From assembly GCA_964035545.1 (NCBI GenBank), contig OZ037767.1:1995680-2059679 (forward strand): a stretch of 64,000 nucleotides of DNA, given 5' to 3'. Positions 10,661 to 24,105 of the stretch are shown here, piece by piece. Below the pieces are notes generated by a model. It ran no database searches, was not told the origin of the DNA, and saw only the letters and a list, made by a program, of their open reading frames with translations. Position numbers and translations under genes: made by a program. The DNA is from Bugula neritina (taxonomy: Eukaryota; Animalia; Bryozoa). Position 1 is the stretch's first letter. Each line of letters begins with the position of its first letter.

Positions 10661-13600
10661 TGGAACAACACATTTAGCTACAAACATAATTGTTGGAATG
10701 GCATTTTTACTTTACAAAATTCTTCACTTGCTTAATAGAACACAGCTTATAATAGTTTTAAAAACGATAAAGATATTCAAGTGAAAATTAAATTGTTTTA
10801 AAATTTCTCATTAATAATTCAGCTAATATACTAATCATTACTTTCTATTGGTGCTTGGTAAACTGCTACAAAAAGCTTAAAGCATTTTCTTTAGAATTAG
10901 CAATAGTTACTGTATTAAGAGCAGTATTTTCTATAATACCAAAAACATTGTAACAGAGCTCATAAAAAGGGTGGGCCACACTCAATTGGAAAATTAAAAT
11001 TAGATAGCAATAGGTAAGGATAAAAGCTTTCTGGAATATCAAATCACCCAAAATTAAGGCTTGCAAGATTAAATATGAGAGTAGTGTGGGCATACAATGT
11101 ACACAAATCCTTTGTTGACTTTTAGGATGAGGGGCTGTATCGGCAATAAATAGGCGGAATGAATTCCGTGAGCATAGCATCACACCAACGTAGCACCCCA
11201 GTGTAATGTTATATGAGGCTTTCAATCTAGTATCTTAGGAACGGTAAAAATCACGCCCTGGTGAAGAAATTGATCCCATATTGCCCGTTCACATCATCAT
11301 TTTGAAATGTAAACGTGCTGAACGGAAAAGTAAATATATTAACTTTGAAAATAATGGTATTTTATTCAACAAGAAAATTCCATCTTTGGCTTACTGCTAT
11401 TTAAGGAGTGTTTAAAAAAGTCCTTTCAATTAGTTGGTACTATAATATTATATCAAAAAAATTTGAAAGAAAATTAACATTTCTTTTAAATTTAATTTAA
11501 CTCAGCAATTCAGTTATACATAAAAATCAACTTGGTTATATCTCATTATAACTATTTTCAAACAAGCAAACTTAAATGAGTTATATAATATAGACAATAT
11601 TCTATGCTAATGAAAATATTTGGATATATGTATTATGTTCTCGAATTATCAACTGTTAAGAAACTGCAAGAAACTGTGATAGTTGCACATAGGTGTTACC
11701 CGATTATAACATAATCATACAATGAGAGCACAGTCTAAGGTGTGAATCTAGCTTAGGATGAGCTTTCACTATGTGGCACTTGAAAGAAAGTGTCAGTATT
11801 TGGGTTGGTGTTAATGCATTCATTTGTAGCTTCCTCATGCTTCAAGAGGAACACCTGCAGACAAGTGACAACAGGTTCCCCCTGTCAGTTCTCATTCATG
11901 TGACCAGTGAAAATGATACATGCATGATATCAAGAAAAGCCACTGTCAAAACTGTAGAAATGCCATGCAAGTGCCGCATAGTGCTTTTGTATTTGAGATT
12001 TTTAAATTTAAATTTTCCGTCAATGAAAAGCAGGCGAGCTCAATTTCATATGTGTATTTTGTATCGAGTCACCATGATTATATTTGTACATGGAAATTAT
12101 GAATGTATGTTTACTTTTATAGCGTCTAGTATATTATAAAATAGAAATGCTTATGTGTCTAATTGCCGGAAATATAATTATTAGCAATATTATATCATAT
12201 TGCTTGAACTTCTTCTTGGGAATTTGACTGTTATTACAGTTTAATAATCTTGATAAGCATTTCTTCAATATGAAACAGTAAATACATATAATCTGGCTTA
12301 GATAGAGTTGTATTTTTTAAATTACTAATTTCCAATCCAACTATTTCTTTAAATAAGAAAATACAGAATTGTAAGATTGTAACTATACGTATGTTTTAAC
12401 TGAGTTATGAACAATTTTGGAATGCAGCCTTATATACTTTAACATTTATTCAGGGCTAGAAATTTAACAATACAAGTAGCATTTGTAAAATATCATATAA
12501 TATAATAATATATTATATAATGTAAGATATCATATAATGAAGTATTATATTATATAATACAGTAATATATTATACAACGTAATATATTATATAATGTAAC
12601 AATATATCATATAATGTGAGAGTATTTATATAATATAATATAAGCTATATAAAATAATAACATGTAATTCATAATATATTGCAGCATTATTTTCCTAGAA
12701 TGTAACACGTGGCAAAGAAAATGAATAAATTATGAATTCATTTCTAAGGCCAGAGCTAATCGTCTGATGGCCAAAGTCTTGTATAACCATACACTATTTA
12801 GTCTGTTGATATTATATACATGTATTCTTCAGGTGTTTTCTGGGTATTCATTATCTACCTAAAGTACTTTGTTAAATGTTTACCAAATATAAACTAAAAG
12901 TTCTCAGCACCAATGCAACGAATCTGCTCTTTTTATGAGTAGATGATGACAATATTTTAATATATTAATTACATTGCAATGTAGTAGGTATAATGTAATA
13001 TAGCAGATACAAAGTAAAATATCAGATATATGTAGATTATTGGTAAACATTTCAATCATAAAAACGTGTACACTTTCCAGCCTTTTTGAAATGCTGTTGC
13101 CGGTATATATTTCAACCAAAATCAACTAGATTTCTGTACCAGTCTTTGATACTCATAATAAAATAGTAATAGTAAGGTATGAGCTTTTTATTTGTATAAG
13201 TTTGAATGCTGTAGCTGTTGGTTTAGCAGCTGACATGTTATCTCCCCTGATAAACGCACTATTATGTAAAAGCAAATTAACTCTTTGTTTCGCAGCTTAA
13301 AATTCTTCAACTACTCATACAAGCAGTTAAAACAGCGTATATTATATATGTACATGTGTAAGTATTGGCAGTGTAAGTATGCATCTTATATTTACAGTAT
13401 AATAGATTAATATTGAATAAAAGTTGAAATATTTTAATTGCACTGTTTTATCTATATTTTAGATTAAGATTTCTATTTGAAAAAATTCTGAATTAGAAAA
13501 ATGTTAAAGCTTTTGATTTTAAATTTGATAAAAGCGCAAAAAGTTAAATATCTCAATTTTCACATTATTATTTTAAAGTTGTGAAAAAATTCAATCCAAG

Positions 13601-16600
13601 AGATGACTATAAAAATGACATGTTTTCTATTTAGTGTATTCATTTTCTCACAATGTTGGGTATAAGTACATTATAGAGTATGCAAGCTTAGCTGGTTTTT
13701 ATGCCTCATACAGCACTTGTTCTAAATTAGCTTTTATCTAAACTCTGTCGCTAACAAACATTAACTTTTATCAAACTGTGTGAGAAACTTGAGGAAAATC
13801 AGAAGATGATAAGATAAAGTCCCTCTTGAGATTCAAACTCAAGTCATTCTAATAACTCAGTCCACTCGCCTCCATTATTGCTCAGTCGGCTGCGTGCTTC
13901 AGCCATCGGAACTGCAGTGCAAATAAATTGTAAAATATTATATTTGTTTTGGCTAATATTTGTGCTACTGTCTTGAATTTAGCATAAATTATAGGGCTAC
14001 AAATTAATATGAAAGTATTTTTTTTCAAGTTATTTATAAAATTAAACAAGAACAATTAGTTTAGTTGTACCAAGAGGAAGTGTGTTTTTACTTTATTAGC
14101 TAATTTTGAGAAAAGTCCGTACAATATATTTACAACTTTGTGTATTAAAACTCAATAAAATGTTATACAAATTTTGCAAAATGTTACAATTTTCAAACAG
14201 CAAAAGTTGGTGATATTTTCAAGCTATAGATAACTACCCAATTCTGAGGAGCCTATGCCAGATCTACTATTGAATTAATTATTTTGTGTAAATAGATTAG
14301 TAGTTGTGTTTCTTTCTTTATCATTAATTATATCTTTCAATTAGCCAACTAATTACATTTCCAGACCGGAGGGAGGGAGATATTTTTGTTAAGATTGTCA
14401 CGGAGTTGCCCATGGCAGTTGGCTGCAGTATGTTATACAAGAGTGTTCCCTTGAAATGAGCATTAGCCTAGTTGTGTTTTCACTTTAGCCATGGAGCTCC
14501 TGTAGCTCACAAGCAGTGGTCAAAGTTAGGGGGTCCGAAGGGTGTACCCCCACCATTTTTTCTAGACCTTCACCATTTCTTACTTAAAGTTTTTAGCAAA
14601 ACAGATTTTAAGTTCACAAATAAAATAATGGAGTTATACAAGTTGATGGTGAAAAGAATAATTAGTACAAGAAAATAATGTTGTTATGGAGTGTATACCT
14701 TCTATACGCTATAAAATTCTTTTTATAGCAAAAAAAAGTTTTTTCATTTATATTAATAAAGTCCACACAATACGTTGTCATACTTATAAACCTTTTCATG
14801 TTTTCAAGTGTTCTGTGGTCACTCTATTGCGACACATAACAGTTTTTAAAATAAAGGATTTGATGCCTTAGCTTCATGGATATTTGGTTATTATACAGTA
14901 AACAAATATTGTGTTCTAATTATAGTAACATTTGTTTAAAAAGTAATAACATTGTCCTACAAATATAGATTGGCTTCGTGATTAACAAAGACATTACAAT
15001 GTATTGAAAGTTTTCATACTACCAATTATTCTTATATAAATATAAAATATATTTTGTCGTAAAAGTCAAAGTAAAAATAAAGTTTCCAAATAAATAAAAA
15101 ATTTAGAATTGAAAAGCCACTTAGAAATTTAGCTTGGATAATAATAAGTATTTAAATTTTTGTAGAATGTCAAATTTCAGTATTTTACGAGAGGGGGATA
15201 AACATCGTGTCACTAATTTATGACTCTTTACTAGTTGCTAGGAAAGAGTTGCTGCTCTCAGCTATCTACTATACGACAGGGCTCTTGGCGCCAAGACGGT
15301 TACCCTTATCTGGAAATGGCCACCACAGGCGAACATGCCAGATAAGGTGAATATAATATACTATATACACGTATGCTACACTCAGTTGTTATACTGTATG
15401 TAAAGCAATTTCATTAAATCTCAGCTCAGTTATGCTCATTAAAAAAATTCTATTTTAAGAATAATATACAATATATTTTTAAATTAATAAGCGGATATAG
15501 CTATTTTTTTGCCTTTTATCAAATGCATATTAAATTATGTCTCAGAGCTTGTATTTATTATCAACTAAAACATATTTAAATAATGTTTAGTCTAGTCTTT
15601 GATAATCTTTCATTTTAATTCCTGCTTTAGAAGAAAAGTCTTAGAAGAATAGCACTGTTGCAATGATATAAAGATCAATATTTTACTCGTTGCTTTACAT
15701 AGCATAAACACATGTATAGTTGAAGTGGCAATGTAAATAATCTTGTAACATATAATAGCCAGATCATGTAAGGAGGTGCTGCATGATTGCTTGTGTAAAT
15801 GAAATCTTTATTTTTATTTACTTTAAGGTTCAATATTATAAATAATTATACATTTTGTGTACATTACGTTAGGTTAACATACTTGCTCTTTGTTAAGTAA
15901 ATTTACTAACTAACTCTTATCTAATAGCCTGAGGGTGTTCGAATTTAAAAAATCTTATCTATTGACACGTCTAAGAAGGGTAGTTGAAGTTGTGGATTGG
16001 AGGCTATGAAAATAGCAGTTGTCATGCATTTAGAATTAGACAGGTGGTTTATTGGCAAAGTGCAGGGCCTGTAGTATAGCGAGATGTATAGTATGACAGC
16101 CATGAGTACCTCTAGATGCTGATATCACTACTCCAAGTGTTCAATAAATGCATAAACCCATCCTATCCATTTCTAGTGCTTCAAGTATTTAGCTGAATCT
16201 ATCCACGATATTCTACGCAAAGAGCGTGTCATGGTATACTCTAATTAGTTGGCTCAGACTACTAAAAATGGAAATCTTTTTCAGTCAGAAAGTTTCTTAT
16301 AAAACCTTTTTGCTTAGCCAGCATTTTAGTTAAAGTCTAAGACAGTATTTAAAAAGTCCCATCTTGATTGTGCGCCACACTTAACCCATTCCGCCAGTGC
16401 AATAGTGACTAACAGCTAAAGCATTGTGGAGTCTCGAAAAGCTTGCATTCAAAAGTGATTTCTGATTTGATGGGTGATAGTGTAGTTGAAGTCAATGCTG
16501 AGATGATTCTAATGCTGTTTTAGATTAGCTGTATTATAGTGGTGAGAAATTCTCCAACCTATTCATCCCAGTTCATTTATCTAAACAAAAGATAGTTGTG

Positions 16601-19519
16601 CTACTTATGAATGCCCTAACTAGAAGTAATTTTTGTATGGCAAATATTATTCAATCTAAAATTGAATAAGATTTTAACTCGTTTATTCAATCATTTTGTC
16701 ACCTGTGCTTTGATACAGCCATACAGGTAATTTGATATCAGGCCGTTTTTCAACAAAAAACGTTCTCTACAAACCATCTTTTATGAAGATAGAGCGATGA
16801 TAAATAAACAGTGAAAGTCATTAAATTTACTACTTTTAATTGTTTATTTTCTATATAATCGTGATGTAAAGCTAGATACGCTCAACTGACATTTGCCAAA
16901 TAATAGACCTAGTTTGATCTGGTAGTTTAATAATAAAAATGAAAGTATGTTTATGCTGTCTATTCCTACCCTCACCTACGTACCTCCGCTCTGTTCTGTC
17001 CGGGTAACGGTGTTTAGTGCCCCCAATAATCACTTAAATTTCATGAAAGTTTTCTTTCCACAATTGCAGCAGACTCTGCTAAAATGTTAGTATATAATCT
17101 ATTATATTAAATAAAACATGCGTCTAATGCAACTTTTCTATTCAGATAAACCTCCAATTATATAGATTCAGTACACTAATTTATACGAGTTTCTGCAAGC
17201 CAATTAAAATTGACAATAACGCAAAACATTTTTAACTGCGCTGCTGTACTAAATATAATTTTGCCTTTATGTTATACTGCATGCAAACTATAAGCTGTGT
17301 GTAATATCTTTATTATTCTAAGTCTATACACTAGCAATGCAAGCTTAAGTAATTCACAAAGCTAACCGTGGTTTTTACTTGTAAATAATATTTGATGTTT
17401 GAAAAGATGGATAAGTAAATGCGAGCAGGCCACTGGTCATAGTTTACTTTAGTATCTGTTATGTATGCTCACTATCTCAGCTTGAATCTTATCTCCTTTT
17501 CCATTATCAAACTGCTCACAGTTCAATATTAAACTGTGACAATATTTGACTAAATGAAATGGAGAATGTTTAAGTGTGTACCATGTAAATACTGGGCACA
17601 CAGTGTCAACTGTTAGAGTGTCATATGCTCACACGTGTCTGCTATGTTTGTACGCAAGTCATCTGCTAAAGACCACCTTGATTGATGTGTCATCTTTTTA
17701 GACTACCAAGCTTTGTGTGCCATTCTCTGCTGCAACTTTTTCCAATTTAAATTTGCTATAAAGAAATGGTTATTTATCATGATGTAACATGAGACAGGCC
17801 GGAAGGTGATTTTGGCGGGTGTCTGAGAATTTGTCCCTTATAGCAAGCTCTAATACCTCTCAATACTGTTCTAAGTTGTGAAATAGAGTTTTGCTTGTTG
17901 ATAACTTTAGATTGTGCTTCTTATTGCAAGCTAAAGACACAAAACAAACTTTAAAGCCTTCAACCCTTAACTTAAAGAATTCACTAAAGAATAGATAACG
18001 TAAATTATGAATAACGTGGAGCTGATGTTTATTGCAAACAATTTTAGATTAAAAACTGAATCACCAAGTTATTGCCAGTGACTGCATTTATAATTGACAC
18101 TTTTTCATTGAACAAAATTAAACAGCCCTTCTGTATAGCAAATAAAACCAAAATTCGAGCTGCTATTTTGAAGGTAATTACTTTTGATTATGAAAATTCA
18201 GACTAATTTTTACAACCAGCAACAGTATTTTTATTATTCCAAGATCAAACACCAGTTTATCAGCTGGTGTAAGTCTTGTTACAACAGTATACAATCCCAA
18301 GGCATAGTATGAATATTTTCAACAACTTTTATCATACAAAATTTGAGAAACACTAATAATTAAAGAAGGGTTAACTTGCTGTAACTATTTGCCAATTAGT
18401 ACTTGAGGAAAGTAGAAACTTGCAACTAGGAAAAGTTGTAATCACTGACTAATAAGGAAGGAAAACTGACTCAATGTTACGTCAACTGCTATACTATTGA
18501 AATTTGTGAAGAGTTTGATCAATAATGTCAAAATGACTCATCATAACCAATTATTGCTTGCTAGTAGTTTTATCATGCTTCAAGTTGCTTTTGCACTCTC
18601 AATACAATTCTTAAAGCTTTTATCAGAACCAAAGGTGCAGTTTGTCCAAGTTTTTATGAATGTTATGAAGCACAATCCACTAGGTAGTCAAAGTAGAGTT
18701 ATAATATACAATGCTTGGCATATTGAGTCACTTCGGTGACAAATACCATCTATAACTTTACATTATGTGACTGTAATTATATAATTACATTCTTGTATCA
18801 CTTTTTATGTCATAACAGTTGATAGCATTCAGAAAGGTAATTAATAGCAAAAGTAGGTGATCTTATATATTCATAATATATTTTACCATTTCGTATAAAA
18901 AATATCACTCAAATAACATAGTACCTACAAAATAATAATAGCAAATAGTTTCTGTGATTGTCATTCTACTAACAAAGTCTTATTTCCATAATTTGGAAGG
19001 TCATGGAAAATTAAAGCATAATGTTTAAAAATAAAATACGTACTAAATTATTATTAAACAAAAATCACCTTTTGCAAAAATGAATTTATTTCGCTGTAAC
19101 TTGGCCATATATTTACAGTGGCTGCATTTTGATTGTCAGTAGAGATAGAAACTTACAAAATAACAATTTACCACCTATCTGGCTATGTACGGCATTACTA
19201 AATAACAATATACACTTTTACTATAAATATTGAAAACTTTCCTGCACTAATTGAAATATTGAAAATTTAAATATCACACTTGTTTCACCTAAAGGAGGAT
19301 ATTTACAAAAAATTAATATTTCATCTTTTCAAAAAGTTGGTAAAAATCTCTTTGCCAACGTCAAATTTTAGAAAGGTTTTTTTAGTTTTAAAATAGTTGC
19401 AATAATCTCACAAGCCATGGCAGTAAGTAAAATTTGGGATTTATATAATTTGAGATCTTTGTATGGAATGCGTAGTTGTCTTGTCATGGTTAACCAACAA
19501 GCAGATATGAGTTTGCTGT

Positions 19520-22500
19520 CTAGAGTGCGCTCACACTCGTACTGTGCGACATATATGGCTGGCCTACATTTCTATAATAGTCAGCCTGAGAGACCATGCC
19601 ATTCAGGTCCTTAGTATCGGCAACGGGCGCTACCATCCCCGTATACGAATATTGCATTGCCTCAGGGCTATACATCTTCATATCTATTTTAGCTTCGGGG
19701 TTCATGAGACTGTTTATTGAAAATGGATGAGAGAAATTGTTCATTCCGGGATGTGGGAGATGTGGTAAATACAGGGACTGCTGTTGCTGATCGTGTGTCA
19801 GATGTGGCATCATCGGAGGAAGTTGTGGCACTGTTGGTTGTGGAGTAGATGTTGCTATCTCGTTTTGTTGTTCTTCTATCTTTGGCTGTGTAGACTGACT
19901 GTTTGGAGACTCGACCTTGACAGAAGGAGATACCTGATCTTCTGTAGTGTTGGGTTTGATATCTGCGGGCTCGTAATCACCATCGTCCTCTTCGCCGCTG
20001 TCCATGTCGTCACCTCCCTCACTATCTTTTCGATCTCCTTTTCTACCCTGTACTTTAAATCTCTTTTGTCTACGAAGGTAGCAGCCATTCTCAAACATAT
20101 TACCAGAATCGGGGTGGAGGGTCCAATAACTACCCTTACCAGGTCTATCTGGAGTTCTAGGAACTTTAACAAAACAGTCATTAAAACTTAATGAATGTCG
20201 GATTGAATTTTGCCATCGCTGCTGATTTTGTCGATAAAACGGAAACAAGTCCATAATAAATTGATAAATTTCGCTAAGGGTGCACATTTTGTTAGTGCTC
20301 TGTTGAATTGACATTGTGATGAGAGAAATGTAGCTGTATGGTGGTTTGGCATGAGTGTATGACCTTCGATATGTCTTTTCTCTCACTCGATTCATAGCTT
20401 GAGCTCTATTCATATCCATCCTCATTCCTTGGTTCATTTGTGACATGGGTCCAGCGTGCATTGCAGGCATTGGAGGCATGGCCCCCATCTGTGTTATGGA
20501 ATTCATATGACCACCCATGTTCATCCCTGTAATAAAATTATAACATTTTGTAAATAATGAGTAGAGAAAGAAAGAAAATTGAAGTTGAGAGATTGAACAG
20601 CTAATATTTTATGGTGCTAGGTTTTGTTAATTAGAATAAATTTAAAGTGAATTACACTGGATTCAAGGGGGGTGGAGCATGGAGAGATAAGTTTTTATTG
20701 GCACAAACTTGTTTGGGAGGGTAAATCATTAAGTTTCGCCCAAGCACAAGTGTTCCTATAGTATGTTGTTTTAGCATTCTACTTACTTGATCTATATAGG
20801 TTTATTTACGTGTTTCCCTATGGGTTGCCATTAAATTTCTATGTCAACTAATAGGTCTTTTCACTAGATAGAAAATGATTTGAATAGACTCTATTGATGC
20901 GTAGCCCCAACCACCTTGCCTCTCTCACACATGACATTACTTTTTATACTAAAACTATAGTCTGAACTGCTAAGAAAAACACACTGCAATTAAGGATTGT
21001 AAAAGTGTATAGTGAACATTTCTATTAAGTAGAGCCATCTACATGTCCTAATGTCTGGTCGCATCAAACAACCTGTTATTCTAATCATTTAAAAATAAAA
21101 GCTTGAACTATCTAATTTGCCAATTTTAAAACGACATTTTGGCATTTTGTGACTTCTAATAGCAAGTGCTTGCAGCAAATTTTTTTTATATCAGATAATT
21201 TTTGCCAAATATATTTTACTTATGCAGTTATATTAGTCTAAAAAAAACTTGATGAAGTTTGCGATTTCTTGACAGACAATACAGAAAACCACTAAATAAA
21301 ATAATATCTGAAGTGTCAGCCTGAAGTATTGAAAAGAGTGGATATTAACCACCACAACCTGACCTCAACTGATTCATTCACATCCAGCTGATTGCCATTC
21401 AGATTAATCAAATCTCAACTGCTATTATAAAATGACAAAGTTTTATTACTACAGCTCTTGCTACCACTTCAACACAATGTTCCAATGCAAGATTAATTTC
21501 TACCTGAAGTAAATTATTCAAAATCAACCACCTGCAAAAGCTTGTCTTGCTCCGCACATTTCACCTTTAATTAGACATGCAAAAGTGGTTTTGCTTTACT
21601 GATTAAAAAGGCAACCTTAAATGATAGTTTTGCTAGTTTCACTAAAATTTCTGTGATTAACATTTAATCACTGGCTTCAAGTACAAGCATAATACAATAT
21701 ACAATTGGTATTGTAATATTCATAATATCAAAATATTTGCAAGGTGCATGCATTTAATTATGCCTTAGGTATGGGTATTTTACAATTTTAAGTGAATCAC
21801 AGAGAAGCACATGCACAGCGTAGCAGCTATAAATATTATATCTACCAGTTATAGTTATGAAGTTTCCTGAAAAATAATTAGGTTATGACTTGTACAGCAA
21901 AAGTTGGCAAAAACATGTTTTGAATTAATTTGGAATGAAAATAATTTTACACTGGAGTAATTGTTATTAATAAAATAAGAATTAAAAGACTGCATATATT
22001 TATGATTACAGATTTCCTAGGAGTTTGAAACTAAGATGAAGGTATAATATAAATATATCTATCAACTGCCCACTGAAATGGGTAAAAATTATACTCAATC
22101 TTTTTAAATTTCTCCAATTTACCATTACATAAAACTTTTATTTTTGTGACAAAAAATTGAACGAAAGTGAAACTCTGCTACATTTTAATAATGCTGACAA
22201 TAAGTTGCTTGAAGCAAGCAATCCGGACGTAAATAAATGCTGATATAAAGTAATATACAATTAATGGTGTATAAAAAAGTTCTAATATTAACTACGGAGC
22301 ACAGAAAGTGAAAATATAATCTCACCTGTATACATCTGAGGATGGACAGCCGTATGCATGGGAGCAGGTACCTGCGGTGTGTAAGCTGCCATTGAACTAT
22401 ATACAGGCATGGCAGTGCTGCTAGTTACTGACATCTGCATCTCTCCAACGGCAGCGTACGATGACTTAGCTTGCTGCTGCTGGATCATGCTCATTCTACT

Positions 22501-22533
22501 CTCGAAAGCAGCTTGCTCGTCATTTAAATGCAT
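19520..22533 (-). CDS. foxA: Forkhead box protein A (HNF3/fork head), two exons, ~404 aa
   Basis: Exon 1 22533-22326 (donor G|GTGAG) and exon 2 20526-19520 (acceptor TTACAG) join in phase 1. FoxA-type forkhead domain ([20 protein letters not shown]...[58 protein letters not shown]) and an eh1-like HPFSINSLM motif. Confidence 0.97.
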
Positions 22534-22625
22534 ATCCTGATAAGAGAGTATAGGGCTAACTGATAGTGGGTTAAGCGACGAGGATCTACGTTGTATTGTG
22601 TCGAGTGGATGGAGAAGTTGTGGCG

Positions 22626-22632
22626 TTATATA
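22626..22632 (-). promoter_or_regulatory. Candidate TATA box of foxA
   Basis: TATATAA on the minus strand, ~95 bp upstream of the ATG; supported by position only. Confidence 0.35.
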
Positions 22633-24061
22633 GTGAATAAGCTATAGCATTAACCACTCTACAATCGAACCTTTTCATTGTAAACTGGGCTCCACCCACC
22701 AGCAGCCTGTCTCCCTATAAGCTACATTTACAGTTATAGCTATTGTCTTGCTAAACGTGGACGAGAGTTCTATAATTACACAAAGCTATAACTATGAACA
22801 AAAATCTACATTGTAGCCTTTGGAAATTAATGCACTATTAGGTAATAATGTTTTTAATTTACAATGAAACAGTGATTGGATTAATTGGTATAATGTTGTC
22901 TACGTTTATATGTTTTAATGGGATAAGGGAAGTGCAGTATTAGATAATAAAAGTACATTAACTGTCTTATATTTGCATGTACTTTATAATTATCTATAAA
23001 ACCTTTTAAAGATTTGAAATTCTGTTGTCATTTTGTATTCTGAAATAGTTTTGCTACCTACCAGGTGCGTTATAAACAGGGTTTTTGGAAATTTTAACTG
23101 CATGGGAGAGGGGGTCACTTTCGCCTCATTTTCTTACACTTTTACAGAAAACTTTGGCAGGAAACTGCTTGAGTGAAAGATTTTACTTTAACGGGATGCT
23201 ATTGTTAAAACAATTGTCAGTGTAATACCATCACCCTCTGTCACATGTCTTTTACAGCTTATATGAGTTGCACAGAAGGCCCTCGTAACTACCAATTTTC
23301 TTTCTCTGTAGTACTATAAGGCTAGTCTAGAAAAAAATTGCAGTGATTTGTTTATTTTTTAAAAGCAAGCTATCTAAAAAACTGCATTTAAAAAGCATCA
23401 ACAGTTATGCTATTATGCTACAGAGCATGTATTTAAGTTGTTATTTTTTAAAGTTTCAAGCTTTTTTATGGGTAGAGCCGAGGCTTAATTTTGTAGGTAT
23501 GTCAGTTTAAAAACTTGTCAATTAAAGTACCACATTTTAATATTTGGACTCAATAAAAGAAGATAACTCTGCACATTGCTAACTGATAGAAACCGAACAG
23601 TCTTATGTTCAACAAGCATTGAATATTGAGTCAACATGTAAACTACTATAAATTTCAAAATTTCATTAAAGTAAAAGTTTAAGCAAAAAATCAACGGAAA
23701 AAAATGTTGTGTCATAATTTGTAGTGATAAGCATCATGTAGTTGAAATCTAACAGCCCTTAATATTATAATACATACCTGTTGAAACAATAGCAGTTGTC
23801 TCCTCTTTTCTCAAATATTTGGAGTATCAATTTGTACTATCCGCCTAATTGATCCAATGATTGTAGCACTGTGGTTTAAATGGAGCTTCAGACTTTTCAG
23901 TAATTATAGCCACACTCATTAGGCTGTATAGATGGGAACGTGAAATCCTATTCTAGTTTTTTATTTGATGAGTATTTAGATATCATACTATTAGTAATAA
24001 AATGTGTTAAATTTTAACCATTGCACTTTACCTATTATAGTTTTATACACACACGAATAGG

Positions 24062-24101
<40 letters not shown>
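24062..24101. repeat. (TA)n microsatellite
   Basis: Direct reading. Confidence 0.9.

Positions 24102-24105
<4 letters not shown>

Noticed and set aside
13821-13920. Second tRNA/SINE-like element on the minus strand
   Set aside because: Only a B-box-like GAGTTTGAATCTC with atypical spacing, and no second copy in the window.
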